From NCBI GenBank assembly GCA_963779415.1, contig CAVZYA010000001.1, forward strand, positions 516,519 through 580,518: a stretch of DNA of 64,000 nt. The letters run 5' to 3'. Under the pieces are notes generated by a model. The model saw only the letters and a program-made list of their open reading frames with translations. It was not told the DNA's origin and made no database searches. This DNA is from an uncultured Acidobacteriota bacterium (GTDB lineage: Bacteria; Acidobacteriota; Thermoanaerobaculia; UBA5066). Below are positions 11,435-18,191 of the stretch, one piece after another (within the stretch, counting starts at the first letter, position 1; each line of letters starts with the position of its first letter). The translations under genes and the position numbers were made by a program.

Positions 11435-11854
11435 ATGGCTGAGAAATGCCGAGTGGGGGTCTGCGGGTACGACCCCGTTCTGGTGAAGGGATACGTCAAG
11501 ACAGGCGAGCGAGCCCTCTGGTGGCACCTGTCGGACGAGGTGTACGAACAATACCAGGTGAAGCCGGGTGACACCGTCACCGGGAAGATCCTGGCGGTTT
11601 ACGACGGGACCGGCACGAAGACGGCCTCCCCGAACGAGCCCTTCGAGTGGAAGTGCCCGAAGGAGTCGGGCCTGGCGGTCCTCCTGCCGCCTGCGACCAT
11701 CGTCAAGTTCAAGCTCTCCGCTTTCCATTTCCTCGAGCTGCTCGTGGAGAAGGTCGGCGGAAAGGACGTCTATCCCGGCAAGGAGCAGATGAGCTTGAAA
11801 TGGTGGCCCGAAGAGAGGATGAAGCTCGACTACAAGGTGCCTTACATCGAGTAG
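11435..11854 (+). CDS. Hypothetical protein
   Basis: 139 aa. AGGAGGG lies 5 nt upstream and the ATG is 2 nt after the upstream stop. N-terminal CRVGVC. No family recognised. Confidence 0.65.
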   Translation: MAEKCRVGVCGYDPVLVKGYVKTGERALWWHLSDEVYEQYQVKPGDTVTGKILAVYDGTGTKTASPNEPFEWKCPKESGLAVLLPPATIVKFKLSAFHFLELLVEKVGGKDVYPGKEQMSLKWWPEERMKLDYKVPYIE

Positions 11855-11948
11855 AACACAGGACGCTCTCTCCCCCGCTCCCTTGAAGCGCCGGTTCCGT
11901 TCGGACCGGCGGGCAAGGACCGGGCGGGGCGAAATCAGTCGCTCACGG

Positions 11949-11993
11949 CCCCCTCTCCTGGCCCTGAAGCACCAGGAGAGGGGGATTCTTTTT
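11949..11993 (+). terminator. Rho-independent terminator closing the CoA-transferase operon
   Basis: Perfect 13-bp stem ccccctctcctgg (11949-11961) / ccaggagaggggg (11972-11984) with a 10-nt loop, followed by attcttttt. Confidence 0.75.
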
Positions 11994-12048
11994 CATGTAT
12001 CCTCGGCGATGGAACGGTGACATTCGATCGGAAGGGAGAATCGCGTAC

Positions 12049-12291
12049 ATGACAGAACACGACAAGCCGAATGAAGAGGGCTACACGGCTCCGGCGTACG
12101 TCGACCCGGCGATGGGCGACAGCCCCCCCGTCGGAGGCCTGATTGACAACGAGGCCGTCTGCCGGGACTGCATGACCGCCGCCGAGGAAGTCAGCATGCG
12201 GCGCGGGTTTGTCGACCCCGTCTCCGAGCAGCAGGCCAAGGCGAAGGGGACCGTCTGCGCCCGGTGCGGCAAGAAACTCGTCGCCGCGTAG
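12049..12291 (+). CDS. Small zinc-ribbon-like protein (two CxxC knuckles)
   Basis: ORF 11995..12291 trimmed to ATG 12049, which has GGAAGGGAGAA just upstream. 80 aa with CRDC-x29-CARC. Confidence 0.55.
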   Translation: MTEHDKPNEEGYTAPAYVDPAMGDSPPVGGLIDNEAVCRDCMTAAEEVSMRRGFVDPVSEQQAKAKGTVCARCGKKLVAA

Positions 12292-12334
12292 CGCCCCCTT
12301 CAATCCAGCCGGACGGGGCGGGCGGAATCACCTC

Positions 12335-12748
12335 ATGGCAGAGCCGGAAAAGGCCCCACGACGAGAGGTCGTCGAGCAGCTCCTGCCGCTCGTGGTGGAG
12401 TTGATTCCAGGGCAGGCGGCTGAAGGCCTGATCGAAGTGCTCGAGCCGGGCAGCTACGAGGCCCATTCCCTCCGGACGCTTTGCGAGAATCTCCTCAGGA
12501 GAACGAACTGGAGCGTGGAGGAGCAGCAGGTCCTGGAGGACATCAGGAGACAGCTCGACGGGGGCCGGCTCCTCTGCCGGGGCCGACCCGTCGACGGCCG
12601 GGCTCTGGATCTCGCGGTGGTCGAGGAAACCGAAGCAGGCGAGAAGTATCTCTATGTGCCTGTCCACGCCATCAGGCCGCAGGAAGGCGGAGGCGCGGCA
12701 CCCCGGATCGCGCACCAAAGTTCAGCAGACGAGAGCAGGAGCCTATGA
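12335..12748 (+). CDS. Hypothetical protein
   Basis: ORF 12209..12748 trimmed to ATG 12335. Codon-position-3 G/C is high on the + strand, and the antisense ORF 12191..12718 looks compositional. No family recognised. Confidence 0.55.
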   Translation: MAEPEKAPRREVVEQLLPLVVELIPGQAAEGLIEVLEPGSYEAHSLRTLCENLLRRTNWSVEEQQVLEDIRRQLDGGRLLCRGRPVDGRALDLAVVEETEAGEKYLYVPVHAIRPQEGGGAAPRIAHQSSADESRSL

Positions 12749-12951
12749 GTTCCAGGTTCGTAGTCACGGAGAGCACCACGGTGGACGATGTTGCCGCGGC
12801 GGGCCGGCCCGACCCCCTCTACTGCAAACTCGGCCTGGGCCAGCAGGCCCGCGTCCTCGCGGACGAGATCGATGCCGCGCTTGGTGGGGATACGAGCTGC
12901 GGGGGCGCCGGACTCGGATATGTTCCGGACATCGTAGAGGTTGAAGAATAG
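12745..12951 (+). CDS. Small acidic-tailed hypothetical protein (candidate modifier or adaptor)
   Basis: ATG 12745 overlaps the upstream stop (ATGA). 68 aa: MSSRFVVTES..VLADEIDAALGGDTSCGGAGLGYVPDIVEVEE. Confidence 0.45.
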   Translation: MSSRFVVTESTTVDDVAAAGRPDPLYCKLGLGQQARVLADEIDAALGGDTSCGGAGLGYVPDIVEVEE

Positions 12952-12964
12952 CCTGGAGAATCGC

Positions 12965-13159
12965 GTGGAGATAGAGGCTCCCAAGGACTGGGACCCGAAG
13001 TGCCCAAAGTGCCAGGAAGAGCTTCGACGAATGCTCGAGCTGTCACAGTCGGTCTACGAGGACCTCGACCACGGCGCGGGGTTGTACCGGTTGCCGTTGC
13101 CACCTTGCACGCACCATGCGGCGCAGGGCGAGCACAAAGACGCAGGAGGGGTCGCTTGA
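12965..13159 (+). CDS. Small Cys/His protein ending ..DAGG-VA (candidate Ubl/sulfur-carrier-type modifier precursor)
   Basis: The track ORF starts at TTG 12941, but I prefer GTG 12965 (GGAG 6 nt upstream). 64 aa with CPKC-x32-CTHH and C-terminus EHKDAGGVA. Codon position 3 is mostly G/C. Confidence 0.45.
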   Translation: MEIEAPKDWDPKCPKCQEELRRMLELSQSVYEDLDHGAGLYRLPLPPCTHHAAQGEHKDAGGVA

Positions 13160-13199
13160 CAGACCCACTTGTGGCTTTCCGGCCGTCGGGCGCCCCGGC

Positions 13200-14411
13200 A
13201 TGATGGATCTGCTGGAGTCCGACCTGGAGCTCGTCGTCCGGTCAGGATTCATCTACCTGCCGCTCCTCTTTGATCCTTCGGTGGCGACGGAGATCGAGGG
13301 GAACGTGGGCAATCACCTGGTCGCCCGGGACGCCGGCAGGCATTTCGTTCGGACGATGAGCCTGCGATCGCTCGTTTCAAGCTACGAGGCTCTCTGGCCG
13401 AAGTCGTACGAGAAGTTGCGGCGGTCGAAGCTGTGCCGGTTCTCCGGGGACCTTTCGCCGGCCGAAACGGGCGCCAGCGAGCGGCTGAAGGAGATCCTCT
13501 TCTCCGTCATGCCGCACTTCGTCAGGAGGGGGAAGCGGCTCGACAGGAGGCGGCTGACCGAGGAGGACGTGCTGGACCTCATCGAGGAGAGAACCGGACT
13601 TCCCGGCGGATACGCCATGGCTGCAGCCAGCGCTCGGGATCCGGGCTCCATCCGGCAGATCCTCGTGGAACTCGAGGAACGCCGCCCGGCGGCCGAGCCG
13701 CTGCCCGAGGGCCGAATGTCTGCGCGGACCCTCGCGGATTGGCTTCTGCGCGCCCAGGAAGCCCGGATTCTGGAAGAGGAGAGCCAGCGACTGACGGGGT
13801 TTCTCTCCGCGCAGGAGGGCCTCGATACGAGGGCGGCCAGGCGGCTGGCGATTTTGCGGTGCGTCGCGGAGAAGGGGACGTTGGAAATCGACGGATTCGG
13901 CTTTCTGAGGACAGGACCCGGCGACGACTACGTGATCTACAAGCGCACCGGCGAGTTCGCTCTCAAGGACTACTACGGTCGGCTCTATCTGTTTCCGGAT
14001 TGCCGGGTTGCCGTGTCGACGGCCGCTGGCCTCAGGCCCTTCGTCGTGGAGACCTACAAGCATCCGTTTCTCGAGGCCCACGACTCCGGCCAGGAGATCT
14101 GCCTGGGCCGCACCACGGCGCGCCGCTTCTCCGGAGCGGCGGCGATCGTCGAGGCTCTGCAGGAGGGAATCAACGCCCTGCTCCATGGCTACAGCAGCCG
14201 GCGCCGAAACGGGTACCACAGACTGGAGGGACTGTTGAGGTCGGTCCGGCTCCCTGGCCCGGACGATCCCGGCTACCCGGAACCGCCGGACGACAGGCCC
14301 CGCTCCAAGCGGCACATCCTGGACGTCGACTTCGACGACTACCGCATCCCGGCCGATCACCCCGGGATCGTGTCGGGTCGGGTCGAGATCACCAACGACG
14401 TCGTGCCGTGA
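13200..14411 (+). CDS. Unknown protein with a putative UBC/E2-like C-terminal domain
   Basis: ORF 13116..14411 trimmed to ATG 13200, since the upstream gene ends at 13159. The C-terminal part reads DDYVIYKRTGEFALKDYYGRLYLFPDCRVAV..LRPFVVETYKHPFLEAHDSGQEICLGRT, which parallels the E2 core (..HPN..G.ICL..). The N-terminal ~230 aa are unassigned. Confidence 0.6.
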   Translation: MMDLLESDLELVVRSGFIYLPLLFDPSVATEIEGNVGNHLVARDAGRHFVRTMSLRSLVSSYEALWPKSYEKLRRSKLCRFSGDLSPAETGASERLKEILFSVMPHFVRRGKRLDRRRLTEEDVLDLIEERTGLPGGYAMAAASARDPGSIRQILVELEERRPAAEPLPEGRMSARTLADWLLRAQEARILEEESQRLTGFLSAQEGLDTRAARRLAILRCVAEKGTLEIDGFGFLRTGPGDDYVIYKRTGEFALKDYYGRLYLFPDCRVAVSTAAGLRPFVVETYKHPFLEAHDSGQEICLGRTTARRFSGAAAIVEALQEGINALLHGYSSRRRNGYHRLEGLLRSVRLPGPDDPGYPEPPDDRPRSKRHILDVDFDDYRIPADHPGIVSGRVEITNDVVP

Positions 14412-14884
14412 TGACGACGGACGACACCCTCTCGCGGGACGAGCCGCCCCGGGCGACGCCGGATCTGTTGCGGGACATAAGAACCATGCGCGCCGGCAGG
14501 CGGCGGAAGGAGCCCTTTCGGACGAGCCTCTACTCCCGGGTCGGGGGTCTGGTGAGGCGATATGGCCTGGACGAGGCGTTCCTCCGGGCGCTCGACTCCC
14601 CGGGCGGCTTCTCCCGGGACGGCCGTCCGGATGCCGTCCGGCCGAAGGGGAAAGCGCCCTATGCTCCTCCCCTCTTTTTCCTTTCCACGGAGAGAGAGCA
14701 CCGCGTGACGACGGTCATCCTGGAGAAAGTGAAGAGCCCGTTCCTCGCGTACGCCACGTCGCCCGACGAGATTCTCCTCTGCGAACGCCTGTTCCGTGAG
14801 GACCCGTCCCTTTCTCAGGAAACGCTCGCGTGCCATCATTTCGAGACGTTGATGCCGGCCGGAGCGGATTCCGGGCCGGGCTGA
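14411..14884 (+). CDS. Hypothetical protein
   Basis: ATG 14411 shares 1 nt with the upstream TGA (TGATG). 157 aa. No family recognised. Confidence 0.6.
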   Translation: MTTDDTLSRDEPPRATPDLLRDIRTMRAGRRRKEPFRTSLYSRVGGLVRRYGLDEAFLRALDSPGGFSRDGRPDAVRPKGKAPYAPPLFFLSTEREHRVTTVILEKVKSPFLAYATSPDEILLCERLFREDPSLSQETLACHHFETLMPAGADSGPG

Positions 14885-14899
14885 GGCGGGAGGAGAGTC

Positions 14900-16000
14900 G
14901 TGGAACGGATTTCGCCGCAACGCCGCCGGGAGATCGGGGAGAGAGTCGGCGCATTCCGCGAGAGCCAGGTCGGCGACGCCGTCAATCAGATTCTCGAGTT
15001 CGACAAGACGCCGGCCGACCTCAAGGCCTACATGGACCGGTTCGTCATCGGCCAGGAGCAGGGGAAGAAGATCATCTCCGTCGGCATCGCCTACCATTAC
15101 CGGAGGCTCGCGGCGGCCCTCAGGCGCGCCGTCGTCGAGAACGGCGAGGAGCTGGGCGCCGCCTTGCACGGCGCGGCCACGCCGAAGGCCAACATCCTGA
15201 TCGTGGGGCCCCCCGGCTGCGGGAAGACCTACACGGGCGAGGTCGCCTCCCGGCTCGTGGGGGTGCCGTTCGCCGTGGAGGACCTGACGAAGTTCAGCGA
15301 AACGGGCTACGTGGGCCAGAACGTGAGCGACATCCTCCTGGACCTGCTGATCGCGGCCGGCGGCAACCCCCAGGTGGCCCAGATGGGCATCGTCTACCTG
15401 GACGAGATCGACAAGATCGCCGCCGAGCCGATCGTCTCGAAGGACGTGTCGGGGCGCGGGGTCCAGAAGGGGCTCCTCAAGCTCGTCGAGGGGGCCGAGA
15501 ACACCATCGACCTGGGCCAAGAACGGATCTCCCTTTCCACCCGACACGTCCTGTTCATCGCAGGAGGCGTGTTCGAGGGGCTGGAAGGAACCGTCGGAAA
15601 GCGGATGGAAAGGGATCGTCTCGAAGGCGAGTGGAAGGACCACCTCCTCACGGACGACTTCGTCGGCTGCGGGATGGAGCGGCAGCTCATGGGGAGGTTC
15701 CCCGTTCGGGCCGTCTACGACCCGCTCAGCGTCGAAGACCTCAAGAACATCCTGCTCGAGAGCGAGGAGAGTCCGTCCCGCGCCTACATCGACGACCTGA
15801 AGGCGTGGAACATCGAACTCCGGTTCACGGACGGCGCTCTCACGGAGGTCGCGAGGCGCGCGCAGCAGGATCGGACGGGCGCCCGGGGACTCATCGGCAT
15901 CCTCCACAAGGTGCTTCTGGAGGACATGTACCGGCTTCCGGGCGTCCACACCGGCGAGCTGGTGGTGGACGAGAAGTACATCCGGGAGCGGCTCGGGTGA
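14900..16000 (+). CDS. ClpX/HslU-family AAA+ ATPase (minimal, with no zinc-binding N-domain and no IGF loop)
   Basis: GTG start after GGAGGAGAG. Motifs [27 protein letters not shown], Walker A GPPGCGKT, pore-1 loop ETGYVGQN, Walker [28 protein letters not shown] and sensor-2 TGARGL. Confidence 0.88.
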   Translation: MERISPQRRREIGERVGAFRESQVGDAVNQILEFDKTPADLKAYMDRFVIGQEQGKKIISVGIAYHYRRLAAALRRAVVENGEELGAALHGAATPKANILIVGPPGCGKTYTGEVASRLVGVPFAVEDLTKFSETGYVGQNVSDILLDLLIAAGGNPQVAQMGIVYLDEIDKIAAEPIVSKDVSGRGVQKGLLKLVEGAENTIDLGQERISLSTRHVLFIAGGVFEGLEGTVGKRMERDRLEGEWKDHLLTDDFVGCGMERQLMGRFPVRAVYDPLSVEDLKNILLESEESPSRAYIDDLKAWNIELRFTDGALTEVARRAQQDRTGARGLIGILHKVLLEDMYRLPGVHTGELVVDEKYIRERLG

Positions 16001-16803
16001 GATTCCGGGGGCTCTCGGAGCTGAAGCGCGCGCCATGCTTCGAGGCTCCCGTGGGAACCCTGCCGGAGTGGATCCGGATGACGCGTCACTCCCTCGCGAA
16101 GGCCTTCAAGATCAACGAGCTCGTCCGGTCCGTCCACGGGGACAGCTACGAGTGGTACGGATTCACCGTCGCCGAGCGGAGCGATCCGGAGCTGGTCGTG
16201 GACGTTCTTCTTCCGGCCAACGACGAGAACTTCACGGACCACACCCGCGTCGCACCCGAGGCGATCGACGCGTCGAGAGAGTCCCTCCCCCGGGATCGGG
16301 TGATCAACGGCTGGATCCACTCCCACGGGGCCCTGCCGTACGAAGGGTTCTCCTTCGTGGACGAGAGGAACCAGGAGGCCGTGACCGATTACGTGAACAC
16401 GCTTCTCAGGAAGCCGGTGGCCAAGAAGGAGATCCTGATCAGGGACCTCGCGATCCTCGTCGAGGGCCGCTTCTCGGAGAAGGAGCTGGAGCAGGGAAGC
16501 GTCGCGCTCATCACCGACGCCCCCGTCAAGGAGGCCCGGATCATCGAGACCATATACGGAAGCTTCTGCTTCGCCATCGTCATCGGCGACGACGGCTGGC
16601 ACAGGCAGCAGGTCCATTACCGCAGGCGGGGCATCCTTTCCGGGCAGACGACCGAGGAGAGCCGGGACACCGACATCGTCCTTTCGGGCGACGCGCGGCC
16701 GCTCACCGAGGCGGAGATCCAGATGCTGGCGGACGAGGTCCGCACCCGGATCCGGCCGGGCGTGGCCGTTCCACCCGAGCGGTTCGAGCGGGAGGCGACA
16801 TAA
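15997..16803 (+). CDS. JAB/MPN (JAMM) metalloprotease-domain protein
   Basis: JAMM signature: Glu in SYEWYGF, then [18 protein letters not shown] (HxH..S..D). The start is either GTG 15997 (GTGA overlap with the ATPase stop) or ATG 16078. The ~100-aa C-terminal extension is unassigned. Confidence 0.8.
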   Translation: MRFRGLSELKRAPCFEAPVGTLPEWIRMTRHSLAKAFKINELVRSVHGDSYEWYGFTVAERSDPELVVDVLLPANDENFTDHTRVAPEAIDASRESLPRDRVINGWIHSHGALPYEGFSFVDERNQEAVTDYVNTLLRKPVAKKEILIRDLAILVEGRFSEKELEQGSVALITDAPVKEARIIETIYGSFCFAIVIGDDGWHRQQVHYRRRGILSGQTTEESRDTDIVLSGDARPLTEAEIQMLADEVRTRIRPGVAVPPERFEREAT

Positions 16804-16840
16804 GGTCGGCGGCGGCCTGGGGCGAAGGGACGCGATCGGC

Positions 16841-18118
16841 ATGGAGACGGGACCGGCTCGCGAGAAGGCGCATGACCCGAGGCTGGACCGCCAGCTCCGG
16901 ATCCCGAACTGGAACCAGCGGGCCCTCGAGGAGGCGCGGCTCGCCGTCTTCGGCGACGACGACCTTCTCGCCTCGCTCTACGTCCTCTCCGCCGCGGCCC
17001 TCGGCGTGAACGACGTCGTCCTGATCGCGCCCGCCTGGAATGAGAAGCTGATCGAAATCGCCCGCCAGCTCAATCCGAGGCTCAGGCTGGCCCTCCTCGA
17101 GGGGCTCCACACCCACCCGGTCCTGGAGGAGCTCTTCAGGCCCTGCACGGCCATCGTGGACCTCACCCGCTACGCTCTGGCCAACAAGCTTCTGCTGGAG
17201 ACGGGCTACCGGTCGGGAATTCCGGTGATCCGTGGGTTCTGCCTCGAGAAAGACGGGTGGGAAGGGCTCTCCGTCTTCACCTACAGGCGCGGCCGGGAGT
17301 GGGAGGAGCTCCGGGAGCTCGTCTCGCCCTCCAATCTTCCCTGCGACCACTTCGACGACGCGATTCTGGCCCTCGTCGCGGCCGGCATCGCCCTGGAAGA
17401 AACCAAGAACGTCATCATGGGACACCGGGTGTCGGAGGAGCTGATCGGCTACAGGCGGCCGAAGGTGGTTCCCCTGGAGCCCGACTCCGGCGTCATCATC
17501 GTCGGCGCCGGCGCCCTGGGTAACTTCGTCGGGCTCGGACTGGCCTGTACGGGGCTCCGGCGAATCACGGTCGTCGATCCCGACGTGGTGGACGTGACTA
17601 ACCTCAACAGGCAGGTGCTCCTGGCCGGCGGCGTAGGCCGAAGCAAGGCCGAGGTCCTCTGCGAGCGCCTGCACTCCCTCTTCGGAATCCGGGCGGAGGC
17701 CCGGGTGGCTTATTTCCGGAAGGACTCCGAGCTCGACGCCTCCGACGCTGTCTTCGATTGCGTGGACAACTTCGAGACCCGGGTGATCCTGAGTGAGAGG
17801 TGCCGGGAAGAGGGAAAGGTGCTCATCAGCGGCGGCACGGGCCCTCAGGCCGGACAGGTCATCGTGTTCGATCCGGCGCGCCCGAGCGAAACGCCCGCGG
17901 AGGTTCTGGGACTCTACGAAATCGTCGAGAGGCGGGAGATCGACGCCTTCCGGAGGGAGACGGCGTCCTGCGCCTACCAGCCCGATCCGTCCGTCGTCAT
18001 GACGAATCAGATTATCGGAGGATTGATGGCCGATTCCTATCGTAGGCTCCTGGCCGGAGAGGAGACCCCGAATATCTTCTACGATTCGAGGAACGACGCC
18101 CGGATCTTCGGGGGGTGA
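16841..18118 (+). CDS. E1-like ThiF/MoeB/HesA-family adenylyltransferase with tandem (degenerate + active) Rossmann domains
   Basis: The active domain has VIIVGAGALGNFVGLGLACTGLRRITVVDPDVVDVTNLNRQVL and a Cys in RETASCAYQPDPSVVMTNQIIGG. The N-terminal half repeats the fold outline (LDRQLRIPNWNQRALEEARLAVFGDDDLLASLYVLSAAALGV) but lacks GxGxxG. Confidence 0.88.
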   Translation: METGPAREKAHDPRLDRQLRIPNWNQRALEEARLAVFGDDDLLASLYVLSAAALGVNDVVLIAPAWNEKLIEIARQLNPRLRLALLEGLHTHPVLEELFRPCTAIVDLTRYALANKLLLETGYRSGIPVIRGFCLEKDGWEGLSVFTYRRGREWEELRELVSPSNLPCDHFDDAILALVAAGIALEETKNVIMGHRVSEELIGYRRPKVVPLEPDSGVIIVGAGALGNFVGLGLACTGLRRITVVDPDVVDVTNLNRQVLLAGGVGRSKAEVLCERLHSLFGIRAEARVAYFRKDSELDASDAVFDCVDNFETRVILSERCREEGKVLISGGTGPQAGQVIVFDPARPSETPAEVLGLYEIVERREIDAFRRETASCAYQPDPSVVMTNQIIGGLMADSYRRLLAGEETPNIFYDSRNDARIFGG

Positions 18119-18191
18119 TAGAGTCGCGGCGAATTGCGTCCTGACGTGATGCGACGGCGAAAGGCCGCGGATCAGGGCCGAAGGAGCCGAG

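Noticed and set aside
11995-12048. An upstream ATG (11995) extending the zinc-ribbon ORF by 18 codons.
   Set aside because: That ATG sits immediately after the terminator T-tract (the tract ends at 11993) and has no SD sequence. ATG 12049 has GGAAGGGAGAA upstream.
12652-12984. A 110-aa minus-strand ORF overlapping the two tiny + strand ORFs.
   Set aside because: It has no SD sequence, no motifs, and opposes the strand of the whole tightly coupled cluster. The + strand ORFs have ATGA coupling and a GGAG-spaced start. Expression data could still overturn this.
18101-18118. The E1-like protein itself ends ..RIFGG*, a ubiquitin-like diglycine terminus.
   Set aside because: The tail aligns with the terminal beta-strands of the ThiF/MoeB fold (l.fD......r...) and is too short to be a fused beta-grasp. 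It is probably coincidental, though self-modification cannot be excluded.
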